Below are positions 22,638 through 34,909 of a stretch of DNA of 64,000 nt, piece by piece. Under the pieces are notes generated by a model. That model searched no databases and had not been told where the DNA came from. It was given only the letters and a program-made list of their open reading frames with translations. The translations under genes and the position numbers were made by a program. The stretch covers positions 768,001-832,000 of the forward strand of contig OZ250169.1 of the NCBI GenBank assembly GCA_965237955.1. Direction: 5' to 3'. Within the stretch, counting starts at the first letter, position 1. Each line of letters begins with the position of its first letter. This DNA comes from Candidatus Marinacidobacterales bacterium (GTDB taxonomy: Bacteria > Acidobacteriota > Vicinamibacteria > Marinacidobacterales > SMYC01).

Positions 22638-22652
22638 CGGAAAGTATGTAGC

Positions 22653-24311
<1,659 letters not shown>

Positions 24312-24327
24312 TTAAACTACCTCCAAG

Positions 24328-24618
24328 CTATTCCACGATGCCGAGTACTTCGTCCTCTTTAAGGATGAGGTACTCAGTTCCGTCCAGTTTCACTTCCGAG
24401 CCCGAGTACTTGCCGATGAGCACTCTGTCGCCCACCTTCACGTCGAGCGCAACCTTCTTTCCGTCCTTCAAGGTCCGGCCCGATCCGATAGCTATGACTT
24501 CGGCCGTCATCGGCTTTTCCTTCGCGGTGTCGGGGATGATGATGGATCCGACTTTCTTCTCATCGCTCTCCTCGAGCCTCTTTACGACGATGTTGTCCCT
24601 GATCGGTGTGATCTTCAT
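24328..24618 (-). CDS. groES: Co-chaperonin GroES
   Basis: [34 protein letters not shown]. Confidence 0.98.
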   Translation of the reverse strand: MKITPIRDNIVVKRLEESDEKKVGSIIIPDTAKEKPMTAEVIAIGSGRTLKDGKKVALDVKVGDRVLIGKYSGSEVKLDGTEYLILKEDEVLGIVE

Positions 24619-24679
24619 TTCTCGATTACTCCTCCTTGTTTTTCAGGACCTGTCGGCGGGGTCGAGCTCCCGACGGCGG

Positions 24680-25128
24680 TCAACGACTGATGGGAATCTG
24701 ACGGCTTTTCTCGCTCGCCTTCTTCGGTATGGTCACCGTCAGCAGAATGCCCTTCTTGAAATCGGCCTTTACTCTGTCCGTTTCGATGCTCGTCGGGAGC
24801 TCGAACGTACGATGGAACGGGCCGTAGGAACGTTCCATCGTACGAACTGTTTCTCGTTGATGGCTTCGTTGACCGGGCGCTTGCCTTACAGCGTGACTCG
24901 ATCGTCGTCGATGTGAAGCTCGATGTCGTCTTGATCTACTTCGGGGAGCTCGGCCTTGAGAACGAGGCTCTTTTCGGTTTCGTAGAGATCCATGGCGGGG
25001 GACCATGCCCCTGTGGTCGAGAACTTCCCCTCGGAGCGCGTGCGCGACAGCGTCTGATCGATTAGCCGGTTCATCCGTTCTTGGAGCGCAAGAAGCTCAC
25101 GCACGGGGTCCCAATGGGCGAGTGGCAT
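24680..25128 (-). pseudogene. Hsp20/alpha-crystallin small heat-shock protein with a nonsense codon and a frameshift
   Basis: WDPVREL..WSPAMDLYET..LKAELP then TAA; ERSYGPFHRTFELP..GILLTVTIPK in another frame. Confidence 0.85.
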
Positions 25129-25152
25129 GTGTAATCCATCAACGTCGACATA

Positions 25153-25179
25153 TTAGCACTCTACACACCCGAGCGCTAA
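25153..25179. promoter_or_regulatory. CIRCE operator (HrcA site)
   Basis: TTAGCACTC-N9-GAGCGCTAA, one mismatch to consensus, upstream of hsp20-groES-groEL. Confidence 0.92.
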
Positions 25180-25199
25180 TCGTACGAGATAGTAGTTAT

Positions 25200-26583
25200 G
25201 GGTCTACGCGGGTTCGTGTGGGTTGAAAACGGCATTTCTGGGTAATGGCGGAAGGAATGCCGCCACGATCTTCAGCTTGAGATATCCCTCGTCACGATAG
25301 CCGTAGGCGCGTCGTTGCAGAACACGGATTTTGTTGTTGACCCCTTCAACCAGTCCGAGACTGACTTTGTTCTCAGGATGACAGTAGGAGGCGATACCAT
25401 CCCAATGGGACTCAATCATTCCGGCGAACTTCTGGTAGGGATGCAGGCGCTGCCATTTGAGGCTGTCTTTCCAACGTGTGAAAAAGGCGCGAGCCCCGCG
25501 TTCGGTGCGGTAATCCCAGAGTTGCCCGAAGGCCTCCTTCAAAACATAGGCGGTGTTCAGGCGCCGGTTGGCCTGGAGCAACTTCTTGAGTGCGCGGCGA
25601 CCGTCCAGGCTCAGGTTCTCCCGCCGGGAAAGCAACGTGTAACGCTGCCCCTTGATATACGACCGGTCCTCGCCGCTGAGGCGTTTGTACTCACGGCGCC
25701 GGACCTCATCGAGAGCCTTTGACAGGTGACGCATGATATGAAACTTGTCGAAGATGATCCGCGCATTGGGTGCGTTGTTAATCACCGAGTTCCGGAAGGG
25801 CTTCCACATATCCATGGCGGCCAGCTTGATACGGGCGCTTTTCTTCCCGCCCAGCGCCTTGAAGAACAAATCGATGTCGGTTTCTTTGCGACCCTCACCG
25901 CCCACCCAGATGGGACGCGCCCGCTCCAGGTCGCTGACAATGACACGATAGTTATGTCCCTTGCGGATGGAGATCTCATCGATACCGATGGCCCGAGGCG
26001 CCGGCAGCCCCGCCCGCTCGACTTGCTCTTGCATGTAGAGCTTATCCAGGTCCTTCACCGTAGTGTGGTGCAGACGTTCCATCTCGGCCACCGCCTTGTT
26101 CGGCATATCCCGGCACAGCTTGCCCACATGCGTCGCAAAGCGCTGGGTGTAGCGCGGGTTGTTCGCCAGCCAGTCCAAGTGTTCTACATGCACACCACCG
26201 CACCCACGACAGTTGACGCGCCAACGCTCGTATTCCAGATAGATCCGCCAGCCTGCCAACGACAGGTCGCGGACCCGGCACACTTGCTTGTCATAGCGCC
26301 CCCGGCACCGATGCCCACAGTACGAGCACACGGCTGTTTTTTTCGCCTCTTGAGCTGGATGACGCGGGCGTATCGGTCACCGAATACACCGTTCAATCGG
26401 GCGCCAGCCACGAAACCTGGTAGCGCAAAAAGCGAGCGGATCGACTGGGGATTTTTCACTCGGTTAGCCTATCCTAAAAACGGATCACTTCTCAGCACCT
26501 GATGAAGTGCTGAATACCTTTTCCACACAATGAGTTACACTATTTCTCCGTCAGCATTCGCCCACAGATTTCCGCGTAGACCC
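25200..26583 (-). mobile_element. ISL3-family element (transposase split 26184-26459 and 25204-26331 at an A7 tract)
   Basis: IR GGGTCTACGCGG; 8-bp DR GTAGTTAT; GIDEIS, AMDMW, FDKFH and EGVNNKI motifs. Confidence 0.93.
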
Positions 26584-26596
26584 GTAGTTATTTGGT

Positions 26597-26774
26597 TGTG
26601 CCTTCTATTTATTCATCCGCGCGCCCCGAACTTGATCGGTCTCCGGTCTGCCGCGACCATGCCTACATGATTTCGTCGTTTGTTCGCGCTCGGCCCTTGG
26701 CACGGCCGCAAACACAGACACTAAGCTACTGATTTATGCTCTATTTCAAAAGGGCCGAGTTTTGGCACAGGACG
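26597..26774 (+). mobile_element. 178-bp shorter variant of the rve-family MITE
   Basis: Same two termini as the 309-bp copies. Confidence 0.8.
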
Positions 26775-26983
26775 GGCTCGAGCCCAGTATCTTGGGGATC
26801 GATCGACTAGCTTTTCGTCAACTTGACAGCAATGGCACCGCCCGCGTGGGCGGAGGTCATCGGGAAGTGACCGAAATCGTTCGTTCACTCGAAAGTACCT
26901 TCCGAAACGTCCCGGCGCGTGGGTCTTGAGTTCGTTTGTATTTTTGGACAGGACGCGGAGCACGCACCCAGACCAGCAACAGA

Positions 26984-28405
26984 TTACACGGGCTCGATGC
27001 GGACGATGCGAAGCACATTGGTGGCGTCAGGTGTGCCAAAAGGCACCCCGGCAGTGATGACCACCGTATCGCCCGGCCCGGCGACTTCCTCAAGCGCAGC
27101 CGCAGCGACCGCCTTGCGCACCATTTCGTCGAAGTCCCGTACGTCCGCCGTATGCACGCTGTGTACGCCGTAGGTTAGCGTTAGACGCCGTGCGGTTGCA
27201 AGTTCGGACGTGACGCCCAGAATCGGCTGCTCAGGGCGCTCGCGGGCGGCGCGCAACGTCGTCGACCCGGAGGTCGTGTAGGTTACAATGGCGGCGGCGC
27301 CGATGGTGTCGGCCACTTGATGGGCCGCCACCGAGATCGCATCCGCGGAGGTTGCCAGCGGCCGGAGATGGTCCGCGGCCGCAATGTGACGGTGCAGCGG
27401 GTCGCGCTCCACCCGTTTAATCACCCGGTCCATGATCTGGACCGCCGCAGTCGGATAGGCGCCGACTGCGGTTTCCGCCGACAGCATCACCGCATCCGCG
27501 CCGTCGTACACCGCCGTCGCTATGTCCGAGACCTCGGCGCGCGTCGGCACCGGCGCCTGGACCATGGACTCCAGCATCTGCGTTGCCACGATCACCGGTT
27601 TGCCGGCGTCGCGGCAGGTGCGGATGATGGTCTTCTGCGCGATCGGCACTTCCTCCGGAGGCATTTCCACGCCGAGATCGCCACGAGCCACCATCACGGC
27701 ATCGGCGGCGGCGACAATCTCGTCGATACGGTCGAGCGCAGATGGTTTCTCGACTTTGACCAGAACATGGGCGCGGTTGCCGATCAGCCGGCGCGCCTCG
27801 ACCACATCCTCCGGGCACTGCACGAAGGACAGGGCGATCCATTCGCACCCGAGTTCGAGTGCGAATCTCAGATCGACTAGGTCCTTTTCGGTAAGCGGCG
27901 AGATCGGCAGCATCACGCCGGGCAGATTGATGCCCTTGCGGTCGCTGAGCCGGCCGCCGACCAGCACCTGCGTCTCTACTTCTGCATTGGATTTCGAGGT
28001 CACATTCAGCCGGAGCCGCCCGTCGTCAAGCAGCATTTCGTCGCCAGGCTGGACAGCGGCGAAGATCTCCGGATGCGGCACGGAAACCCGAACGGCGGTG
28101 CCGGGCCGGTCCGAACGGTCGAGTATGAAACGCCGTCCCGGCTCAAGCTCGACGCTCCCGCCTTCGAAGACGCCGACGCGAAGCTTGGGTCCCTGCATGT
28201 CGGCCATGATACCTATTGGCCTGAGCGCATCCCGTTCCAACTCGCGCACGATCCGATGGCGCCGGGCGTGGTTCTCGGGTTCGCCATGACTGAAATTGAA
28301 GCGGAAGACATCGACCCCTGCCTCGAACAGTGCTTTGATGGCCGTTGCACTTGAGGTCGCCGGCCCCAGCGTCGCGACGATCTTGGCCCTACGTTTGCGG
28401 CGCAT
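26984..28405 (-). CDS. pyk: Pyruvate kinase
   Basis: AKIVATLGPA, RFNFSHG, MVARGDLGVE, VATQMLESM, AVMLSAET. Confidence 0.98.
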   Translation of the reverse strand: MRRKRRAKIVATLGPATSSATAIKALFEAGVDVFRFNFSHGEPENHARRHRIVRELERDALRPIGIMADMQGPKLRVGVFEGGSVELEPGRRFILDRSDRPGTAVRVSVPHPEIFAAVQPGDEMLLDDGRLRLNVTSKSNAEVETQVLVGGRLSDRKGINLPGVMLPISPLTEKDLVDLRFALELGCEWIALSFVQCPEDVVEARRLIGNRAHVLVKVEKPSALDRIDEIVAAADAVMVARGDLGVEMPPEEVPIAQKTIIRTCRDAGKPVIVATQMLESMVQAPVPTRAEVSDIATAVYDGADAVMLSAETAVGAYPTAAVQIMDRVIKRVERDPLHRHIAAADHLRPLATSADAISVAAHQVADTIGAAAIVTYTTSGSTTLRAARERPEQPILGVTSELATARRLTLTYGVHSVHTADVRDFDEMVRKAVAAAALEEVAGPGDTVVITAGVPFGTPDATNVLRIVRIEPV

Positions 28406-28640
28406 CGTCTCCGGTGCTCCGCAAAAACTCGATCCGTCGTTGATTCCGCAGTTTAGACATACCAGGATTGGCCGTTTCGCGGCGAGTGGTACGTCATTAT
28501 GGATCTGAAGAGGCGTTGTTGCACCGCTCTGGCTGAGAGGGTGCTTCCGCCATCAAGTGATGGAATGGACTCCTCCGCTGACATAGACGGCATCGATGTG
28601 CCAAAGTCAGTCGAATACGCATCGAAAAGGAGGAGTCCGA

Positions 28641-29672
28641 ATGAAAGATACGACGATCGCTGTGGATCTTGCAAAGAACGTCTTCGAGATTGCCATCTCG
28701 GGAGAAGCGGGGAAGGTGTCCAAGCAACTCCGTGTGAGTCGACCCAAGTTGGTGTCGTTTTTTGCCAAACAGAGCGCTGCCACCGTGCTTCTCGAAGCCT
28801 GCGGCTCTGCTCACTTCTGGGCAAGGACGTTCCGAAGGTTGGGACACGACGTCGTCCTGCTCCCACCTCACCTCGTGAGGCCCTATCGACGCGGGAGCAA
28901 GAACGACCGCGCCGACGCCAAAGCGTTGCTCGAGGCCTACAGGAACGAGGAGATTCTTCCCGTGCCCATTAAGTCCGTGCACCAGCACAGCCTCGCCGCG
29001 CTCCATCGCCTGCGCTCAGGATGGCTCTCCACACGGACCGCACGCATCAATGCCGTACGCGGGATCCTGCGCGAACTCGGATTCATCATCCCAAAGGGCG
29101 CTCACTTCGTCGTGCCCGCCCTCTTCGAACTCGTCGAAGACGCTGATTCTGATTTGCCCGACGTGCTCCGTTCGCATCTCCGTGATGCCTGCTCCGAGAT
29201 TCGAGAACTCAAGGACAAGTGCGCTGGCATCGAGCACGAGCTCAAGGCGCTCACCAAGCAGCTTCCTGAAGTCCAACGACTTCTCGCCATTCCCGGCATC
29301 GGACTTCTGACCGCGACCGCCATCGTGGGCTTCGTCGGCGATCTTCGCCGCTTCCCATCGGGGCGCCGCTTCTCGAGCTACCTCGGCCTAGTTCCCAAGG
29401 AAAACTCCAGTGGCGACATTCGCCGCCTCGGACGCATCACCAAGCGTGGCGACTCCTACCTCCGTATGCTCCTCACCCAGGGCGGGCGCGCCGTGCTCCG
29501 CGCGGCGAACGTCAGTAAGAGCCCGCCCGACAAGCTCCGCGCCTGGGCTCGGAAGGTCCACCGCTCGCGGGGACACAACAAGGCCGTGATTGCTGTCGCC
29601 AACAAACTCGCCCGGATCGTCTGGGCCGTCTCCACCCGCGAGAGTGAATTCCAGTCGCCGATGGCCGCTTAG
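28641..29672 (+). CDS. IS110/IS1111 DEDD recombinase
   Basis: AVDLAKNVF, LEACG, KNDRADA, IPGIG and YLGLVPKENSSG motifs; AGGAGG RBS. Confidence 0.95.
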   Translation: MKDTTIAVDLAKNVFEIAISGEAGKVSKQLRVSRPKLVSFFAKQSAATVLLEACGSAHFWARTFRRLGHDVVLLPPHLVRPYRRGSKNDRADAKALLEAYRNEEILPVPIKSVHQHSLAALHRLRSGWLSTRTARINAVRGILRELGFIIPKGAHFVVPALFELVEDADSDLPDVLRSHLRDACSEIRELKDKCAGIEHELKALTKQLPEVQRLLAIPGIGLLTATAIVGFVGDLRRFPSGRRFSSYLGLVPKENSSGDIRRLGRITKRGDSYLRMLLTQGGRAVLRAANVSKSPPDKLRAWARKVHRSRGHNKAVIAVANKLARIVWAVSTRESEFQSPMAA

Positions 29673-29677
29673 ACTTA

Positions 29678-31603
29678 GGGCCGCCGACAAAATAACTGTC
29701 TATTTTTGAGCACACTCTTCCTGTTTCAGGTCGTGATCGCGATGTCGTCTGGCATCACGAGAGCCTGGCAAGCTCCCTAGAAACGGAACATTTGTAGATC
29801 TTCAGCAACCAGCGCGTGTTTGACAAACGGTCCTCATTTTAGGGAGGATTACGCCTATCAAGGAGCACTTCTCCTATTATGAGACCTACGAGCTATCAGT
29901 CTGAAGATCTCGACCGCCTGTTGAGGAAGCACAAAATAGCTACCCTCGATGATTTGAAGGCAGTGTTGGGTACCGATGTGGACTCGACCGTCTTCCGAAA
30001 GCTCAATGAGTTGGCGTATCGGACAAGCTACTCCCACCGTGGTAGCTACTACACGTTGGACGAGATCGCCCAGTTCGATCGAAAAGGTCTTTGGTCGTTG
30101 CGCTCAGTGTGGTTCTCGAAGTACGGGACGTTGCTTGCGACGGTAAAAGCGTTGGTCGCGGCCTGTGAGGCAGGCTACTACGTCGACGAGCTCGAGGACG
30201 TGGTGCAGGTTGACGTCAAGGCTCCTCTGTTGAAACTGGTCCGAGAGAAAAGATTGGCGCGCGAGCAGGTGTTCGGCCGATATCTGTATCTGGCCACCGA
30301 TGTGAGCACGCGCAAGCAACAGCTCTCGGCCCGCCAGGTACATGAGGCGTCACCTTCCACGTTGGGCTGGGTCGGGGGAGTCCGCGTGCTCCCCGTGGAG
30401 TTGAAGGCTGCGATCGTTCTTTTCTACAGCCTGCTCGATGAAAAGCAGCGCCGTCTCTACGCGGGAGTCGAGGCCATGAAGCTCGGTCACGGTGGCGACC
30501 AACAGATTGCCGAACTGCTCGGGATGGATCCGAGCACGGTAGCCAGAGGTCGTAGGGAATTGCTAATGAGAGATGTTGAGCTCGACGGAGTTCGGCGAAA
30601 GGGTGGCGGACGGCGCGCCGTGCAAAAAAAACGCCAGAAGTCATCGCCAAGATCGAAGAACTCATGAAGCACGACACCGCGGGCGATCCGATGACGGGAG
30701 TGAAATGGACGCGGCGGACCACCGACAAGATTGCTTGCGAGCTAAGAAGCCTTGGTGTGAACGTCAGCAGCAAAACCGTCGGTCGACTGCTCAAACAGCT
30801 CGGCTTCTCGTTGCGGGTGAACCACAAGAAGCTGTGCGGTGCCACGTCCGAAGATCGCGATACCCAATTCGCGTGTATCGCCGAACTGCGCGAGCGTTTT
30901 GCCGCAGCTGGTCATCCCATCATCAGCGTAGACACGAAGAAACGGGAGCTGGTGGGATTATTCAAAAACGGCGGGCAGGCCTGGAACCGCGAGCCGACTC
31001 TCGTCAAAGACCATGACTTCCGTTCCGAATCGAACGGCATCGCAATCCCCTACGGCGTCTACGATCTGCTCGCGAACCGCGGGACAGTGTTCATTGGTAC
31101 CTCGTACAACACCCCGGACTTCGCCGTGAATGCCATCGAGAAGTGGTGGCGAACGGAAGGACGGCGACGCTATCCTGCAGCCCGTGACCTCGCGATATTG
31201 GCAGACGCCGGGGGCAGCAATGGCTATCGGTGTCGGGGTTGGAAGCACGGGCTTCAAACGCGGATTTGCAATCGCCACGACATCGCTATCACCATAGCCC
31301 ACTATCCGTCCGGTACATCCAAGTGGAATCCAGTGGAGCACCGTCTGTTCAGCGAGATCAGCAAGAACTGGGCGGGCAGGCCTCTCGACAGCTACGAAAC
31401 CATCCTCAAATACATCCGCACGACCACCACCTCTTCCGGTTTGCGAGTACGCGCACACCTTATCCGGCGTCGTTATCCGAAGGGCGTCAAAATCACTGAC
31501 GAGCGGATGCAGGCGCTTTCCGTTACAAAGGACCAGACTCTACCCAAATGGAACTACACCATCCGACCGTCTTGAAAACGGGAACTTATTTTGTCGCCGG
31601 CCC
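29678..31603 (+). mobile_element. ISAzo13-family element (ORFs 29879-30667 and 30664-31575; A8 frameshift tract)
   Basis: IR GGGCCG.CGACAAAATAA; DR TTA; ISVDTKK, DAGGSNG, SKWNPVEH and WNYTI motifs. Confidence 0.92.
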
Positions 31604-31649
31604 TTAGAGGCTCCACTTTCGTGTTTTCCTTTTTCCCTTCCAAAAGAGG

Positions 31650-31830
31650 CTGCGACGATACCCATCCAACTGATGGCGTACCGGTCGGACCGGCGCGGGG
31701 TCAAGCCGATAGCAACACTGGCCCTAAGAGGTCGTTCAAAGTGATTGGCTCCTCGCGCGCGGATTTTCCATCATGGCCCGGAGCACCCAAGACGCTCCTC
31801 ACTGAGGCCGAAGATACGTTTGCAGTCTGA
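31650..31830 (+). ncRNA. Putative IS1111 bridge/seek RNA
   Basis: Segments complementary or identical to the reconstituted target and donor junctions (see findings); transcript ends are approximate. Confidence 0.75.
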
Positions 31831-32249
31831 CCCACTCGTCACGACGCGATGGATGCGCAGCTTCGATGGAAGATTTATTAAGAAAGGGGCTTGACTAGAG
31901 GAGTCCAGATATGTTGCTACGCCGTATTTGAATGCTAATGTCAGCTGGCCTGCCTGTGTCGGCGAACGCCATTAATAAGGATGTCGGCGTGCACACGAAG
32001 GTGTCCCTGAACGTCAGGCACCGTGTGGCCAGCCCAGCCCGCATCGCCGAAAGAACTGCGTCTCCCGAAATCAGGCTCAAACTCTAGCACACGAGCGGGT
32101 TACGCGGCAGCCACCAACACTTGATTGCGGAAGCACCATGAATTTCCCATTCCTTGTCTTGTCACACGTATGTGTGAAGCCAAGAAAGTCGAAAGACTCG
32201 GGCTTCCCCTCGCCGCGCCGTTTGCGGTTCTCGGCAGCATAGCGGCCGG

Positions 32250-32467
32250 GGGCGCGTCCCAGTTCACAAGCTTGCCGGCGGTGAGCGAGATCCAGACGGT
32301 CAGGCTCCCACGGTTGCGTAGACCCGCCTCATATTCACGCCAATTCCTCACGCGATAGGCCTTCTTCACATACTTCCGCTGAGTGCGTTTGAAAATGCTC
32401 ATGGGGAACCTCGAATCCGTGAGTACAGGACAATTGTGGACCGAGATCGCGAGTTGTGCACCAAGGC
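32250..32467 (-). pseudogene. IS5-family (IS903 group) left end and transposase 5' fragment
   Basis: YRVRNWREYEAGLRNRGSLTVWI. Confidence 0.8.
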
Positions 32468-32580
32468 AGTAGTTTAATGCAGCGTAAAGTGTTAGCGTCA
32501 TCTCACCAACACTTAATGGCGGAAGCGCCCTGTGAGTCCCTAAAAGTAGAAATTCCATTCTCGGATTGTCGGAGGTTTCC

Positions 32581-33252
32581 ATGAAAGTTGCAAAGATGAA
32601 GATGATGTGCGTCCTTTTCCTTGTGGGCGGGCTCGGTTCTTTCGCGTTTGGCCGGACGCAACAGAGCGACGATGCGGCGGCATCCAGCGCCTCGGATGAA
32701 CAGCAAGCGCACGCAAGCGGTGAGATGGCCCCCGCCGCTTCGAGTATCGACTACATGGTGCTCGCGACGAGCAAGACATCGACGATGGATAAGGAGATGA
32801 ACGAGGCCGCCGATGGCGGTTACCGTTTCCAAGGTGTGATGGGCGGGGGGACTTCGTTCGGAGGTTCGGAGGTGGTCGTGTTGATGTCCAGAGCGGCTGA
32901 GGCTCCTGTGGAGAACCGGTACCAATACAGGCTGCTGGCGACATCGAAGACCTCGACGATGCAAAAAGAGCTACAGGAAGCAGCGGATGCCGGCTTCGAC
33001 TATCGGGGCCAGACCGTGTTCAAATCCGCTTTTGGAGGGGCAGAGGTGGTCGTGATCTTGGAGAAGGATCTCGACGAAGAGTCTACTTACTATGCCTACA
33101 AGCTTATCGCGACGAAGAAAACGTCCACGCTGCAAAAGGAGCTGATCGAAGCCGGCATTGAGGGATACGAGTTCGTCGGCTTCACCGTTTCCAAGAGCCG
33201 GTTCGGCGGGGCGGAATTGATCGTCATTCTCCGGCAGGCCCTTCCTCAGTAG
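32581..33252 (+). CDS. Secreted protein with three tandem repeats (DUF4177-like)
   Basis: Signal peptide; three copies of Y..(L/I)AT.KTST..KE..EA...G(Y/F)...G. Confidence 0.75.
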   Translation: MKVAKMKMMCVLFLVGGLGSFAFGRTQQSDDAAASSASDEQQAHASGEMAPAASSIDYMVLATSKTSTMDKEMNEAADGGYRFQGVMGGGTSFGGSEVVVLMSRAAEAPVENRYQYRLLATSKTSTMQKELQEAADAGFDYRGQTVFKSAFGGAEVVVILEKDLDEESTYYAYKLIATKKTSTLQKELIEAGIEGYEFVGFTVSKSRFGGAELIVILRQALPQ

Positions 33253-33256
33253 TGTC

Positions 33257-33991
33257 GTGTCGAAAATACAGGTTGAAGTCAAGACGCTCGTGGGTCTCGC
33301 GGTCGTCGCAGCTTTGTTGTTCCATGTCGTACCGTGCTCAGCCCAGGCTGATGGCGAAGGCAGCCAGCCCTCAGACGCCTACCTTGAGTGGACGGAGAAG
33401 CAAGCCGTTGACACCGGGAAGATAATGAGGAGTAACGGTCGAGTGGGAGGCCGGTTGGACACGCGCATTCTAAGCACGGAGCACTCCTACAACTACAAAC
33501 TGCGCGCTACATGGTTGACGCCGGAGGTGATCCGAGCGACGGCGCGGCTCGCCCAGGTTAGGAACTGGCTGAGTGTGGAAGAGACTCTAGCACTGGTCGC
33601 TGAAGCCGAAGCCGCCGGTGACACTGTGATCTTGGTGGAGATCGACCCGCGTGAAGGCTCGGGTGTCATACCCCGGGATTGGTTGTCTCTGCTTCGACCG
33701 AAAAGGGAGCGGGAGACTTCTGCTCCCTCGTTGAGATCGAGAGGGACGAGCGTCCCCAAGCTGCGCAAGCTGAAGGGGCTCGCAGGCGTCATGCCGCGTG
33801 ACTACGACTACGATGTTTTTTGGGTCGTCTTTTCTCTGGTCTCAGCGTCGGGCGAAGCACTCTTTTTGAGTTCAGCGCGAGAGGCCGAGCTCGTCGTGCG
33901 CATCCGTGATAAGGAGGGCCGGGTTCACTGGCCGATTCCGGAATCGATTAGAAAGCGGTCTCGAGCCATTGCCGCACGCTCGAAGGACTAA
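33257..33991 (+). CDS. Hypothetical secreted protein
   Basis: Signal-peptide-like N-terminus; 4 bp downstream of the previous gene. Confidence 0.7.
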   Translation: MSKIQVEVKTLVGLAVVAALLFHVVPCSAQADGEGSQPSDAYLEWTEKQAVDTGKIMRSNGRVGGRLDTRILSTEHSYNYKLRATWLTPEVIRATARLAQVRNWLSVEETLALVAEAEAAGDTVILVEIDPREGSGVIPRDWLSLLRPKRERETSAPSLRSRGTSVPKLRKLKGLAGVMPRDYDYDVFWVVFSLVSASGEALFLSSAREAELVVRIRDKEGRVHWPIPESIRKRSRAIAARSKD

Positions 33992-34247
33992 GGCTGTGCT
34001 CCGTAAAAAGTCGATCCCGTCCTGTGCCAGAACTCGGCCTTTTTGGAAATAGGCCATAAATCAGCAACTTAGTGTCTGTGTTTGCGACCGGGCCAAGGGC
34101 CGTGGGCTTTACAATCGTCTTGGGTGGGCGGGTCGTCACCATGCAGATGACCACCTAGTCGAGAGCGAATATCGAAGCGTGTTCCTGAAGCTGTTTCCAC
34201 GCTACGCCGGTCGAGCCCACCGAGGGGCTACCGTCGCCGGCGACCAT

Positions 34248-34888
34248 CTACGCGGCACGGCAGTAGTAGTTGAGAATGCCCCCAAGTCGCTCTCGCGACA
34301 CGATGGGGCCAGCGTCATTCGCGCTTGCCGGCAGAGGTGTGAGGAGCTCGTTGCCAAGACCTTGGTGGTTCCGTTCTGTGTGATAGTGCACTACGTATTC
34401 GGTTACCGCTGTGCGCAGGTGTCGCTCACTGAGAGGTACGAAGCGGTCGAGACACTCTCGACGTATGGAGAGAACGAATCTTTCCGCATATGCGTTCAGA
34501 TTCGGACTATTGGCGGGAAGGCGCAGGGGCTTCACGCCTGAATCTCTCAACAGCCCACGTACCGCCTCGGTGAATAGTGGGTCCCGGTCGTGGATGAGGT
34601 ATCGCTTGCCAAGGAGGAAACCATCCCACATGTCAGTGAGGTTTCTTGCCACCTGCTTCATCCACTCCCCGTTTGGGTCCGACGTTATCCCACCGATGCA
34701 CACGCAGCGAGTGGCGATATCGATGACAAACAGGACATGGTAGCGGACGAGCCCGAACGGGTTCACAACCTCGACGGTGAACAGGTCTGTCGCAGCGATG
34801 GCGCCCCAATGAGCCTTGATGAAGGTGCTCCACGACATGCTCCTGCCCCGCTCCGGCGCAGGAACGATACCGTGCTCGGCGAGGATCC
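34248..34888 (-). pseudogene. rve transposase 3' fragment, truncated by an rve end at 34889
   Basis: [31 protein letters not shown]. Confidence 0.85.
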
Positions 34889-34909
34889 CGTCCTGTGCTA
34901 AAACTCGGC

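Larger units (their letters stand above)
28560..31913 (+). mobile_element. IS110-family (IS1111 group) element with ISAzo13 nested between the transposase and the right non-coding end
   Basis: Subterminal IR TGGACTCCTC / GAGGAGTCCA; TG core at both junctions. Confidence 0.88.
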
